From Macrostomum lignano (Eukaryota), in NCBI GenBank assembly GCA_002269645.1, contig NIVC01002119.1, positions 1 to 64,000 of the forward strand: DNA of 64,000 bases, written 5' to 3'. Under the pieces are notes generated by a model. The model ran no database searches, was not told the DNA's origin, and saw nothing but the letters and a program-made list of their open reading frames with translations. Shown here piece by piece: positions 1 through 18,039 of the stretch; position 1 is the first letter of the stretch, and each line of letters opens with the position of its first letter. The translations under genes were made by a program, and so were the position numbers.

Positions 1-345
1 CATTGCTTCCATGCTGATCACATTGCTTCCATGCTGATCACATTGCTTCCATTCTGATCACATTGCTTCCATTCTGATCACATTGCTGTCATCATGATCA
101 CTATTGCTTCCATGCTGATCACATTGCTTCTCATCTGATCACATTGCTTCTCATGCTGATCACATTGCTTCTCATGCTGATCACATTGCTTCTCATCTGA
201 TCACATTGCTTCTCATACTGATCACATTGCTTCTTCATACTGATCACATTGCTTCTCATACTGATCACATTGCTTCCATGCTGATCACATTGCTCTCAAT
301 GCTGATCACATTGCTTCTCATGCAAATCACATTGCTTCTCTCATG
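1..345. repeat. 20/21-bp minisatellite CATTGCTTC(C/TC)ATGCTGATCA
   Basis: Direct tandem repeat running off the window start. Confidence 0.95.
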
Positions 346-910
346 CGTATACACTGCAGTGTTTTCCCCCAATTATCTCAGGCTGTCCCCCCTCTGCATT
401 GCAATGGGCCCCGCTGCTTCCGCCACTGCCATTCCCAAACCATGGCCGCTGCATCTGCCCAGCTCTCATGAGTCACACATCGGCAATGAATGCGGTGAGT
501 GTCAGCGAGAACCCCTCCGAGCCTTGACTCCGATAAAAATTGCGGGAAACTTGGGTAGCCACAGCGGGACTCAAGCCGCATTCTTCATCCATTTGTGGCC
601 CACTTTTCCTCTTCTCCAGAAAATGCTGGCCTGGCGACGGGAGCAGCTGCTGGGGCAAAACAATTGCATGGGAGGCTGGGGATGAAGAATGCATATCATG
701 GCAGGGACCTGGGCGAGAGTCTCCCAGCCAATGGCAGCAGCCGGGCTTGCCTGAGATCGATGGGTTTGGGTGCCTGGCTCTCGCTCTCATTCTCACCCCC
801 CCCACCTCCTCCTTCGCCTTTCGGTCTCGTCCAGCTGAAAAGCTGCGCGCCAAGCAGCGCTGGCTGCCTGGAAGCAACATCTATCATTGCTTTGCGGCTA
901 AGTAGCCACA

Positions 911-1184
911 GAAATCCTCCCCGAGGCGAGCAGGCGCGAGGCTGGCTGGACTTTAGTCTCAGGCAAAGAGCCAGGCTGAGAACGGAGGCGCCCAGCGCGT
1001 CTATGTTCCACCAGAGCCGGAACCTGCACGACCACAGCAGGCAGCAGCGGCAGCACCAGGTCAGGCGGTCCCGGCTCGCCAGGTCATCCAGGTCGCGGTC
1101 TCGCTCCGGCTCGCCGTCCCGTCCGAGGTCTTGCAGCCGATCGCCGGATAGAAGCTATGCGTTTGTAGAGGCCGAACCCAGACG
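911..1184 (+). CDS. Possible RS-rich coding exon of an unidentified gene
   Basis: Open frame with SRSRSRSGSPSRPRSCSRSP, ending at a strong donor ACG|GTGAGC (1185) directly followed by a (GGGGCT)n array, as at confirmed donors. No family recognised. Confidence 0.25.
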
Positions 1185-1189
1185 GTGAG

Positions 1190-1628
1190 CTGGGACTGGG
1201 GCTGGGGCTGGGGCTAAGGCTGGGGCTAGGGCTGGGGCTAAGGCTGGGGCTAGGGCTGGGGTTGGGGCTCGGGCTGGGGCTGGGGTGGGGCTGGGATTGG
1301 GCTGGGGTAGAGACTGGGGCTGGGGCTGGGGCTGGGGCTGGGGCTGGGGCTGGGGCTGGGGCTGGGGCTGGGGCTGGGGCTGGGCTGGGGCTGGGGCTGG
1401 GGCTGGGGCTGGGGCTGGGGCTGGGGCTGGGGCTGGGGCTGGGGCTGGGCTGGGGCTGGGGCTGGGGCTGGGGCTGGGGCTGGGGCTGGGGCTGGGATTG
1501 GGGCTGGGGTAGAGACTGGGGCTGGGGCTGGGGCTGGGGCTGGGGCTGGGGCTGGGGCTGGGGCTGGGGCTGGGGCTGGGGCTGGGGCTGGGGCTGGGGC
1601 TGGGGCTGGGCAGGGGCAGGGGCAGGGC
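1190..1628. repeat. (GGGGCT)n hexamer array, G-quadruplex-prone
   Basis: About 70 units visible directly. Confidence 0.97.
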
Positions 1629-2100
1629 TGATGGAGCTCCCCGGGGGTTGAACAATTTGATAGGGCAAGAGATTTTAACGGCCATATGGCACGGGCGCTC
1701 TGGAGTTAGTTGAAAAGATGATAATGCTCAGATTAAACTGGATGAGATGAGCTTGAAATCCTTAATCTCAATATCCATCAACTAATCTTATTTCCCAAAG
1801 AATAAAATTTTCTAATTCATCCCAGACGCGCTACCAAGATGGCACATCTTAATACGATGGATTATTGTGTTGGATACCCGACTAACTTTTTTGAGGCGTG
1901 ACCGATTAGTCAGATGGGAATTATTGTGGTGAAGCAAATTAAATACAGATCAGTGTTGACAGCTCGTGCTTAGATGCCATTCTGAGCTGCTGGTAGCTTG
2001 AGTTTGAGTTTCTTCCACCCAAAGAATTTATTCAAGGACCACTGATTGCTTTTGAAAGGGATGAAACAGATCTCACATCACAAATCTCCCTGCTAATTCT

Positions 2101-3968
2101 CACATTAGATATCGGGGAATTCTCCCTGATGATGCTTGCATTAGATATCGGGGAATTCTCCCTGATGATGCTTGCATTAGATATCGGGGAATTCTCCTTG
2201 ATGATGCTTGCATTAGATTTCGGGGAATTCTCCCTGATGATGCTTGCATTAGATATCGGGGAATTCTCCCTGATGATGCTTGCATTAGATATCGGGGAAT
2301 TCTCCCTGATGATGCTTGCATTAGATATCGGAATTCTCCCTGATGATGCTTGCATTAGATATCGGGAATTCTCCCTGATGATGCTTGTATTAGATATCGG
2401 GGAATTCTCCCTGATGATGCTTGCATTAGATATCGGGGAATTCTCCCTGATGATGCTTGCATTAGATATCGGGGAATTCTCCCTGATGATGCTTGTATTA
2501 GATATCGGGGAATTCTCCTTGATGATGCTTGCATTAGATTTCGGGGAATTCTCCCTGATGATGCTTGCATTAGATATCGGGGAATTCTCCCTGATGATGC
2601 TTGCATTAGATATCGGGGAATTCTCCCTGATGATGCTTGCATTAGATATCGGGAATTCTCCCTGATGATGCTTGCATTAGATATCGGGAATTCTCCCTGA
2701 TGATGCTTGTATTAGATATCGGGGAATTCTCCCTGATGATGCTTGCATTAGATATCGGGAATTCTCCCTGATGATGCTTGCATTAGATATCGGGGAATTC
2801 TCCCTGATGATGCTTGTATTAGATATCGGGGAATTCTCCCTGATGATGCTTGCATTAGATATCGGGGAATTCTCCCTGATGATGCTTGCATTAGATATCG
2901 GGAATTCTCCCTGATGATGCTTGCATTAGATATCGGGAATTCTCCCTGATGATGCTTGCATTAGATATCGGGGAATTCTCCCTGATGATGCTTGCATTAG
3001 ATATCGGGAATTCTCCCTGATGATGCTTGCATTAGATATCGGGAATTCTCCCTGATGATGCTTGCATTAGATATCGGGAATTCTCCCTGATGATGCTTGC
3101 ATTAGATATCGGGGAATTCTCCCTGATGATGCTTGCATTAGATATCGGGGAATTCTCCCTGATGATGCTTGCATTAGATATCGGGGAATTCTCCCTGATG
3201 ATGCTTGCATTAGATATCGGGGAATTCTCCCTGATGATGCTTGCATTAGATATCGGGGAATTCTCCCTGATGATGCTTGTATTAGATATCGGGGAATTCT
3301 CCCTGATGATGCTTGCATTAGATATCGGGGAATTCTCCCTGATGATGCTTGCATTAGATATTGGGGAATTCTCCCTGATGATGCTTGCATTAGATATCGG
3401 GGAATTCTCCCTGATGATGCTTGCATTAGATATCGGGGAATTCTCCCTGATGATGCTTGCATTAGATATTGGGGAATTCTCCCTGATGATGCTTGCATTA
3501 GATATTGGGAAATTCTCCCTGATAATTGCTTGCATTAGATATTGGGGAATTCTCCCTGATGATGCTTACATTGGATATTTAGAAATTCTCCCTGATAAAT
3601 GCTTGTATTAGATATTGAGGAATTCTCCCTGATAAATGCTTGCATTAGATATTGGGGAATTCTCCCTGATGGTGCTTGTATTAGATATTGGGGAATTCTC
3701 CCTGATGGTGCTTGTATTAGATATCGGGGAATTCTCCCTGATGGTGCTTGTATTAGATATCGGTGAATTCTCCCTGATGATGCTTGTATTAGATATTGGG
3801 GAATTCTCCCTGATGGTGCTTGTATTAGATATTGGGGAATTCTCCCTGATGGTGCTTGTATTAGATATTGGGGAATTCTCCCTGATGGTGCTTGTATTAG
3901 ATATTGGGGAATTCTCCCTGATGGTGCTTGTATTAGATATTGGGGAATTCTCCCTGATGGTGCTTGTA
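2101..3968. repeat. 36-bp (35-bp variant) minisatellite ATTAGATATCGGGGAATTCTCCCTGATGATGCTTGC, about 52 units
   Basis: Tandem repeat with a polar gradient of variants toward the 3' end. Confidence 0.97.
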
Positions 3969-4516
3969 TCAGCCTCTCTAGTGCTTCCTGTTGAAAGAGC
4001 AGACGGTCCATCATGAAGCTGACGCCAGTATTTGATATGAATATTTCAATTGCTGCACAACTCGGACTGTCTATTAGCCAGGAGTGCGCCAGTTCAAGAT
4101 CAGCTGTCATATCGTGGCATTCGAGGTCACGTGCGCCCCCCCCCCGCCACCCGCGGTGTCCGGGTTGGCCGCCCGCGGCCAAATGAGCCACGAAGCGCTC
4201 CGAGGCAAGCTTAGAGAGAGTACGCCATTGATTTGGGCGGCTCGGGGCTGAGGGCTCTGCAAATTAATTGCATTGAGGATAGCAAATAACTGAGGGCGGC
4301 CGTCTCCCTCGCCTGCTGCATTCATTCGGGCACAAAAAGCGGCCAAAATTGCTTCTGCCAGCACGCGAGCCGAATTGTCAAATCCAAAGAAATCAAGGGA
4401 AAAACACAATTCCTGAAATTATTGCATTGCCTCTTGAGTCTCCTGGTTTCATTACTGATATTTCCCATGTAGTCTCTGCTCACCGCATCCTACGTCTCCC
4501 CTCTCCCGAACCCTCT

Positions 4517-5385
4517 ACCTGTGTCCCATCCCACCTGTGTCCCATCCTACCTGTGTCCCATCCCACCTGTGTCCCATCCTACTTGTGTCCCATCCTACCT
4601 GTGTCCCATCCCACCTGTGTCCCATCCCACCTGTGTCCCATCCCACCTGTGTCCCATCCCACCTGTGTCCCATCCTACCTGTGTCCCATCCCACCTGTGT
4701 CCCATCCTACTTGTGTCCCATCCTACCTGTGTCCCATCCCACCTGTGTCCCATCCCACCTGTGTCCCATCCCACCTGTGTCCTATCTCACCTGTGTCCCA
4801 TCCCACCTGTGTCCCATCCCACCTGTGTCCCATCCCACCTGTGTCCCATCCCACTTGTGTCCCATCCCACCTGTGTCCCATCCTACTTGTGTCCCATCCT
4901 ACCTGTGTCCCATCCCACCTGTGTCCCATCCCACCTGTGTCCCATCCCACTTGTGTCCCATCCCACCTGTGTCCCATCCTACTTGTGTCCCATCCTACCT
5001 GTGTCCCATCCCACCTGTGTCCCATCCTACTTGTGTCCCATCCTACCTGTGTCCCATCCCACCTGTGTCCCATCCTACTTGTGTCCCATCCTACCTGTGT
5101 CCCATCCTACCTGTGTCCCATCCCACCTGTGTCCCATCCTACTTGTGTCCCATCCTACCTGTGTCCCATCCCACCTGTGTCCCATCCCACCTGTGTCCCA
5201 TCCTACCTGTGTCCCATCCCACCTGTGTCCCATCCCACCTGTGTCCCATCCCACCTGTGTCCCATCCTACCTGTGTCCCATCCCACCTGTGTCCCATCCT
5301 ACCTGTGTCCCATCCTACCTGTGTCCCATCCTACCTGTGTCCCATCCTACCTGTGTCCCATCCCACCTGTGTCCTATCCTACCTG
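4517..5385. repeat. 16-bp minisatellite ACCTGTGTCCCATCC(C/T)
   Basis: About 54 tandem units. Confidence 0.97.
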
Positions 5386-6024
5386 TTAAGCAAATTTATA
5401 AAACTCGCACTGCATCTGCTGGCAACTCCAACTACAGCGGTTCAAAAAATACGAGACGGGAAATTCGGGAAGAGCAAACCTAGAGAGCTGCTGACTCGAT
5501 GCGCTCACAGAAGCGCTGGACTAATGCCCCACCCACATCATCCCTCCGTCTTTCCAGAATTTCCTGGCCCAGCCTGAATCTGAGCCGCTGGGGCCCTCTG
5601 TTTACCGAGTTAACTTCCTGGGAGGTCCGAGTGGGGAGCGGGGAGTCGGGGAGAAAAGAAATTCTAGACGGAAGCGAGTAGTTTCCGTCAGCGAGGCGGC
5701 CGGGTGTTAAAGGAGCTGGACAGAGCTGCGGGCGGGGGGGGGGGCGATGCCTACAGGTGAGTCCGGCTGCTCACTTAGTGCTCAGGCTGAGAGCAGCTGA
5801 TAATCAAAATCTGATTAAATTGGATTTCTGCTCGCATCAAAGACTGGAGGGGGCTGAATTCGATTGCAAAGATGGGGAATTAAATGGGATTCGGTAAGCC
5901 GCTGCAGGATGGCTGAGTGAAGAATGCGAAACAGCCTTAATTGGGACTGTGAGGCTGTTCTGCGCTCAAGGGGTTGAGCAGCAAAGGGAGAAATTCCCAA
6001 GAGATGGATTTAAATGGGCGATTT

Positions 6025-6330
6025 TGATCAGGGGTGATTATAACCAGGGCGATTTTAATCAGAGGTGATTTTAATTAGGGGTGATTATCATCAAATGTGA
6101 TTATCATCAGGGGTGATTATCAACCGGGGTGATTATCATCATGGGTGATTATCATCAGAGGTGATTATTATCAAGGGTGATTATCATCAGGGGTGATTAT
6201 CATCATGGGTGATTATCATCAGAGGTGATTATTATCAAGGGTGATTATCATCATGGGTGATTATCATCAGGGAGGATTTTCATTTGGGCCGATTTTCATC
6301 AGGGACGATTATTGTCAGGTAAGATTTTCA
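6025..6330. repeat. Degenerate 16-17-bp repeat GGGTGATTATCATCA
   Basis: Imperfect tandem copies related to the adjacent 15-mer array. Confidence 0.8.
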
Positions 6331-6395
6331 GAAGTGATTTATCCCAAACAGTACTATTAAGGTTGGTTCTTCGGCATCAACTATAAAGCTAAGTA

Positions 6396-7133
6396 GCGAT
6401 TCTCAGTGGGGCGATTCTCTGGGGCGATTCTCAGTGGGGCGATTCTCTGGGGGGCGATTCTCAGGGGGGCGATTCTCAGTGGGGCGATTCTCAGTGGGGC
6501 GATTCTCAGTGGGGCGATTCTCAGTGGGGCGATTCTCAGTGGGGCGATTCTCAGTGGGGCGATTCTCAGTGGGGCGATTCTCAGTGGGGCGATTCTCAGT
6601 GGGGCGATTCTCAGTGGGGCGATTCTCAGTGGGGCGATTCTCAGTGGGGCGATTCTCAGTGGGGCGATTCTCAGTGGGGCGATTCTCAGTGGGGCGATTC
6701 TCAGTGGGGCGATTCTCAGTGGGGCGATTCTCAGTAAGGTGATTCTCAGTGGGGCGATTCTCAGTGGGGCGATTCTCAGTGGGGCGATTCTCAGTGGGGC
6801 GATTCTCAGTGGGGCGATTCTCAGTGGGGCGATTCTCAGTGGGGCGATTCTCAGTGGGGCGATTCTCAGTGGGGCGATTCTCAGTGGGGCGATTCTCAGT
6901 GGGGCGATTCTCAGTGGGGCGATTCTCAGTGGGGCGATTCTCAGTGGGGCGATTCTCAGTGGGGCGATTCTCAGTAAGGTGATTCTCAGTGGGGCGATTC
7001 TCAGTGGGGCGATTCTCAGTGGGGCGATTCTCAGTGGGGCGATTCTCAGTGGGGCGATTCTCAGTGGGGCGATTCTCAGTAAGGTGATTCTCAGGGGGCA
7101 ATTCTCAGGGGGCGATTCTCAGTGGGGCGATTT
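6396..7133. repeat. 15-bp minisatellite GGGGCGATTCTCAGT, about 49 units
   Basis: Highly homogeneous, with a periodic AAGGTG variant. Confidence 0.97.
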
Positions 7134-8220
7134 CTGAAAGGTGCATCACTTTGCCCCGCAGTTGGCCAATGCAATCGCATTGCAAGACCAGCGGGGGTCA
7201 GCCACCTCCGCGTGGGTGGCTTCTTGCTGACATACTTTTTTTAGTTTCTCACTTTTCCTCTCCTGCGCTGCTGCATCCGCCCTACAGCTGCCGTCCCGCC
7301 TCGGGCGACCGTCAACTCAGTGATTTCGTGACACTGGCGGCCCGAGCGTGCGCCAGGGGGATTAGGCAAACAGTGGGGCAGGTTAGAAATGGGGAGCAGG
7401 ATTATGAAGGCTGCTCCCTGCTCAGGCCGTGCCCTCCTTGGCAGGTGACTCCCAACGGATGCTGCTGGCCCGAAGCAGCGGATAATAATCTTGAGGCGTT
7501 TCCCTCCCGGCCTCGCCTTCTGCCGTCCCCCTCTTCCCCTATCTGCTCCGGGCCTCTCTTTGTTTCCTATTGAGGAGGAAAATTATTCAAACCCGGCTAT
7601 CCGGCCGCCTCGCGCAGCCAGCGCTGAGCAACTCAAATTTTCTAAAATCTTGCGCGCTGCTTCCCCTCTTCTCCGTCTCTCCATTGCCACCCCTACTTTC
7701 TCCCTTCCCTGATGCCCCCAGCTTCCTTCTCGCTCCTCATCAGTCCGGGGACTAGCGGGAGTCCCTCCTCTATCTGCAACTCCCCAGCAGCAGCTCCCTC
7801 CAACAATGTTGCTTTCCGCTCCCAACAGGTGGGAATCACCCGCTGCCAGCAAGACAGCTCGCTTTGTCTCCGGGCCTGGCCTGGGCGAGGCTCTGCCTGT
7901 CCCAGCCTCCCTGCTCCATCCAGCCTCCGCTTTCACGCCTTCCGACCCCCTCCCCGGCTAGTGAATCCCCAGTTTCCATTGTGCTGCGACCCTGAGCTCT
8001 GCCCCCCCTCCCCTCGGCAGCAAGTTGGCGGCCTTAGTTTTCAATTGACAATCACTACTGACTCGAGTAGTAGCGCGACTCGACCTGACTATTTTAGCTG
8101 TGTGGCTTTTCCCCCAGAGGCATACTGAATGCAGAGTTTGTGAGCGAAGCCCTCATCTTAGCGATAGAAGCCCGCTGATGGGATGTCAGCGCTGTCAAAT
8201 CATCCTCCATACAGTTGGTA

Positions 8221-8234
8221 GTTGTCATGGCAAC
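8221..8234. promoter_or_regulatory. RFX X-box consensus match GTTGTCATGGCAAC
   Basis: Full match to GTHNYY-AT-RRNAAC; the target gene is not identified. Confidence 0.35.
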
Positions 8235-8574
8235 AATAATGGGAAGACAGCAGCAACAGCAGTCGCAGGTCACGGAGCCTCGGGAATTTCACTCAGCCGT
8301 GTCCCCAACTGCATCTGGGCGCCGCAATATAGCCAGCTTTTTGCATTGTCTGCTTGGGGCGCCTGCAGTGGCATCTGGGGTGGCCTCTCTGGCACCTCAA
8401 GTGGCTTCCCAGCTCGCATTTCTTCCCCAACACGCAAGCCGCGGCCTCCTCCTCTGCCAGCGACCCCTTTCCGTTCTCCAGTCTCAGCTATCGATTCGCA
8501 ACTCTCCCCGTTTCGGCCGTGAGTAGTGAATTGCAGACAGCACCGGCGAAATATAGCCAGCTATCAAACTGCTA

Positions 8575-9098
8575 TTCTCAATGAGTCACCAATCATTCTC
8601 AATGAGTCACCAATCATTCTCAATGAGTCACCAATCATTTTCAATGAGTCACCAATCATTCTCGATGAGTCACCAATCATTCTCAATGAGTCACCAATCA
8701 CTCTCAATGAGTCACCAATCATTCTCAATGAGTCACCAATCATTCTCGATGAGTCACCAATCATTCTCAATGAGTCACCAATCATTCTCAATGAGTCACC
8801 AATCATTCTCAATGAGTCACCAATCACTCTCAATGAGTCACCAATCATTCTCAATGAGTCACCAATCATTCTCAATGAGTCACCAATCACTCTCAATGAG
8901 TCACCAATCATTCTCAATGAGTCACCAATCACTCTCAATGAGTCACCAATTACTCTCAATGAGTCACCAATCACTCTCAATGAGTCACCAATCACTCTCA
9001 ATGAGTCACCAATCATTTTCAATGAGTCACCAATTATTCTCGAATGAGTCACCAATTATTCTCGAATGAGTCACCAATTATTCTCGAATGAGTCACCC
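8575..9098. repeat. 21-bp minisatellite AATGAGTCACCAATCATTCTC, about 25 units
   Basis: Tandem repeat; each unit contains TGAGTCA. Confidence 0.97.
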
Positions 9099-9108
9099 TA
9101 GAGAACCC

Positions 9109-10071
9109 TGGAGTCACCTCAGAGTCACACCAGTCACATCAGAGTCACATCAGTCACGTCAGAGTCACATCCGTCACCTCAGAGTCACATCAGTCACCTC
9201 AGAGTCACACCAGTCACCTCAGAGTCACATCAGTCACCTCAGAGTCGCACCAGTCACGTCAGAGTCACATCAGTCACCTCAGAGTCACATCAGTCACGTC
9301 AGAGTCACATCAGTCACGTCAGAGTCACATCCGTCACCTCAGAGTCACATCAGTCACGTCAGAGTCACATCAGTCACCTCAGAGTCACATCAGTCACGTC
9401 AGAGTCACACCAGTCACGTCAGAGTCACATCAGTCACGTCAGAGTCACATCCGTCACCTCAGAGTCACATCAGTCACGTCAGAGTCACATCAGTCACCTC
9501 AGAGTCACACCAGTCACCTCAGAGTCACACCAGTCACCTCAGAGTCACATCAGTCACCTCAGAGTCACACCAGTCACGTCAGAGTCACATCAGTCACCTC
9601 AGAGTCACACCAGTCACCTCAGAGTCACATCAGTCACCTCAGAGTCACACCAGTCACGTCAGAGTCACATCAGTCACCTCAGAGTCACACCAGTCACGTC
9701 AGAGTCACACCAGTCACCTCAGAGTCACATCAGTCACGTCAGAGTCACATCCGTCACCTCAGAGTCACATCAGTCACCTCAGAGTCACACCAGTCACGTC
9801 AGAGTCACACCAGTCACCTCAGAGTCACATCAGTCACCTCAGAGTCACACCAGTCACGTCAGAGTCACATCAGTCACCTCAGAGTCACACCAGTCACGTC
9901 AGAGTCACATCCGTCACCTCAGAGTCACATCAGTCACCTCAGAGTCACACCAGTCACGTCAGAGTCACATCAGTCACCTCAGAGTCACACCAGTCACGTC
10001 AGAGTCACATCAGTCACCTCAGAGTCACACCAGTCACGTCAGAGTCACATCAGTCACCTCAGAGTCACACC
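9109..10071. repeat. 20-bp minisatellite AGAGTCACA(C/T)CAGTCAC(C/G)TC, about 48 units
   Basis: Tandem repeat abutting and related to the 21-mer. Confidence 0.97.
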
Positions 10072-10729
10072 AGATCCCTCACCCTTAGCTGAGCAGCAAA
10101 CTCTCCAGTGTTGAGCGCACAAAGCTGCTCAGCCCTCCTTTTCCAGGAAGACTCCTTCATCATTTCGCATTCAGGTCTCGTTCTCGTCTTCGCCCAGTTT
10201 CCAGCCACTCCCTCATCAACGGTGCAGCAGTTCGCAGCTTCCTGCCCGGCTCAGTTGGACCGGCCGGCCGCCTCAGGCCGCCCCAGGCAAGGGGCAGGCG
10301 AGTTTGCTCACAAACAGGGCAATAGCAGAGCAAATACATGAAAGAAAACTTGCTGCTAAAAATAGACGAAAAACGAAAAGAATAGCCGCTGAAACTTGTC
10401 TGCAAAAGCAGAGCCGGCTGCAACAAAATCCTTCGACAGTGCGGCATCGATTGCTGCTTGCTCTCGAAGCGGCGGACCTGCCGCGCCCCGGGTCAGCGGG
10501 AGAAGTCCGCCTGCCGGAAGCTCGGCTGGGGGAGCGCTGGTTCAGGGATGACGGATCGGAGGCAGCTGGACCGTTCAGAGGCGATAAATATTAATGCTTC
10601 CACTGCCCCTCAGCCTCCAGGCTTGCCCGGCAGGCAGGACTGCTCCGGTTTGTTGCGCCCTGGTTCAGCAGCGCTTTCCTCTTTCAGTGCAGTCCAGATC
10701 AATCTCATGTCTTCTCGATCCCCTGCTTC

Positions 10730-10880
10730 CTCCAGGCTCCTTTTCCCTCTCAACCTCCTCTTTACCCTCTCTTTTCTCCCATCTCTTTTCTCCCCTCTCC
10801 TTTCTTCCCTCTCCCTCTCCTCTCTCCTCTCTCTTCTCTCCTCTCTAATCTCCCCCTCTAATCTCTCGCTTCCTCGCTAA
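10730..10880. repeat. CT-rich low-complexity tract
   Basis: Almost pure pyrimidine on the + strand. Confidence 0.8.
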
Positions 10881-13000
10881 CCGCTCCCTTCCCAAATCCT
10901 CGATTCTATTTTTAATCCAGCCGAAGTCCTTTGTTTTCCTCCCGCCCGCTGGCAGAGGTTCGGCTTGCTTTCGGCACCTTTTTTAGCCAGCAGCCTTCGT
11001 TCTTTCTTTCTTTCTTCGACTCTCTTCTCCTCAGCTTCTGCCGTTTAGCGGGGGCTCGTCAGCCCGCCTCTCGCCTCGGGATCGCTGACTGCCGTCACTC
11101 AGCCTTCCTCCCCCGCCCCCGCTCCGCGTCGCTGACGCATCGGCAGCTTGGCAGCAGTCCAGGCCGGCCCGATCCGCAGCCCCAGATAAGAGCAGCCCAG
11201 CGGCAGGAGCACCGGCTCTCCCTGGCCAGCGCTAAAGTACCTCAGTGCCTCGGCTCACAACTGTCCCATTTTCGCATTTTAATTCACGCATCCAGGCTAT
11301 TGGCCCGGCAGTTCTTCCGAGTGGCCGCTGATTAAACATTTCATCGTCAAAGGAGAATGAGATAAGAAACGCCCACTAAAAGCCCCGCATGCCCATTGTG
11401 GAATTATTGTCAGAGTGGGACGGGCGCTCAGTGTGTGCTGAGGAGAAACGGTGCGGCTGAAGGACCGGTGGGAGCTCCTCCCTGCCTGTGCAAAGAAAAA
11501 TAGAGAAGGAGAGGGTAGAGACAGAGAGGGGGAGAGGCAGCCTCTCCACTTCAGCGGCTCCGACCTGCTGAGTGGCCGCTGGCTTGGGCGACGGAAAGTG
11601 GAGGCCGCCCCCTCCCTGCCCTCGCGGCTACGGACCATCGACCAGCCCGGGCTGCGGTCCACCCCCAGGCCGGCGCCAACCCCGCCTGCCGCGTACGCTG
11701 GAGGACTTCCCCAAGCCGCACCTCTCCTCTCCCTTCCCCGGTCTCTCCCACTCCCCCTTTGCTCCCCGCTGCCCCAAGCCATTTATCTGCAGTAGGCAGC
11801 CCCTCCCCCTCTGTGCTTTGGCGATGCCAAATTTGCATCTCTTGAGCCGGCGATTCCTCATGCCAGCCGAGTTTTGACAATTGCCGCAGCACAATAGCCC
11901 TGCTAGCCCGCGGCGGAGCACTTTGAGGCGATGCTTCCATCTGAGCAGCCGCTCTGCCGCGCCCGCCTGGCATAGCCGCCACCGGCCACTCGAGTTCAGC
12001 GAGAAAGTCGCGCTGGCTGGTCTTCCAAGTGAGTGCGCCGGAGCCTCGGCTGAAGTGCCGGCCCGGCTTCCGCTGGGGAGTGCCGCTTGGGCTAAGATCC
12101 CTGAGCATCCTGGTGTGAGTTGTCGCTCTGGAGTTGGACTGACCACAGCGGCTGAGTGGGTCCCATTGCGTGAGGCCGGTCAGATCAGCATTCGATCCCA
12201 CTGCTGAGTTTTGATTAGCTCCGCGGTCCTCAGCTCCCAGGGAATATATTATTCTTTTCTCGCCTCCGCAACCGGCAACCCATTTCTATCGGAAATTGCT
12301 GGGATCAGTCATGAAATATGAATGCAGTTATTAGGAATTAGTGGCTGACGCTCCGGCTGACGAGAGTTCCCAGAAATGACACATTTTCATTCTAATTGCC
12401 ATCATAGCCCGGTTTGGCCCATAGACAATGAAGCGTCGATCAGCTGATTTGCGCGTGTCAAGTTTGAATTGAAAAAAAATGCATTAAAATCCATGTTGCT
12501 TCTAACGCTAATCCACAGGGGATTAGTGTACGGATTAGTGTAAGGGCAGCACTCAGCTGTGGAATGCCCAGCCCGGCCCCACCAGTCAGGTCAATCGCAG
12601 CGGAGCCCGGGCGCAGATTTCAGCACACTGCCAGTTTCAACAGGCCAACTGTTTTTGAGCTGGGCGGTTAGAGTTTTTATAGGCATTTGCTGGATAAGCT
12701 GCCCAAGGCAAGCGCCGCATCCCATACTGTCCGAGTCCAGAGCCGGCCCACGGGGCTCAGACTCTCTTCCCCATCGGATGGAAAAAGGGTGGAGAAGCTG
12801 GAAAGGCCCGACTGTGTTTTGTTTTAATGGAACAGCTTTGGGGCGCGCGTGACAAAGGCGGGAAAGTGAAACCGGGCCTGCGCGGGCAGCAGCGCCTGCG
12901 TCTTGCGTGGGATACCCTGCCCGGTCTTCTTCCCCTCTGGGGTTAAACCAATTGGATTTGGGGCGTAAAGACTTCGGTAGAACAAGTTATCGATGGAGTG

Positions 13001-13356
<356 letters not shown>

Positions 13357-13407
13357 TGCACATATACAAATACTTTACCAAAAAGTAAACAAACTTCTCA
13401 TTTCAGA

Positions 13408-18039
<4,632 letters not shown>

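Noticed and set aside
2101-3968. CTGATGA in each 36-bp unit as a tandem hammerhead (retrozyme)
   Set aside because: There is no GAAA after the putative stem II (the unit has GGAATT) and no stem I/III geometry.
1084-10092. Long ORFs such as PQPQ, LDIGEFSLMMLA, VPSHLCPI, GAILS, NESPII and SHQSPQ repeats
   Set aside because: They are translations of stop-free minisatellites, open in several frames and strands; GAILS is not a credible pentapeptide-repeat protein.
12960-12985. CGTAAAGAC as a spliced-leader RNA gene
   Set aside because: Only a short match to my recollection of flatworm leaders, with no downstream donor/Sm-site arrangement.
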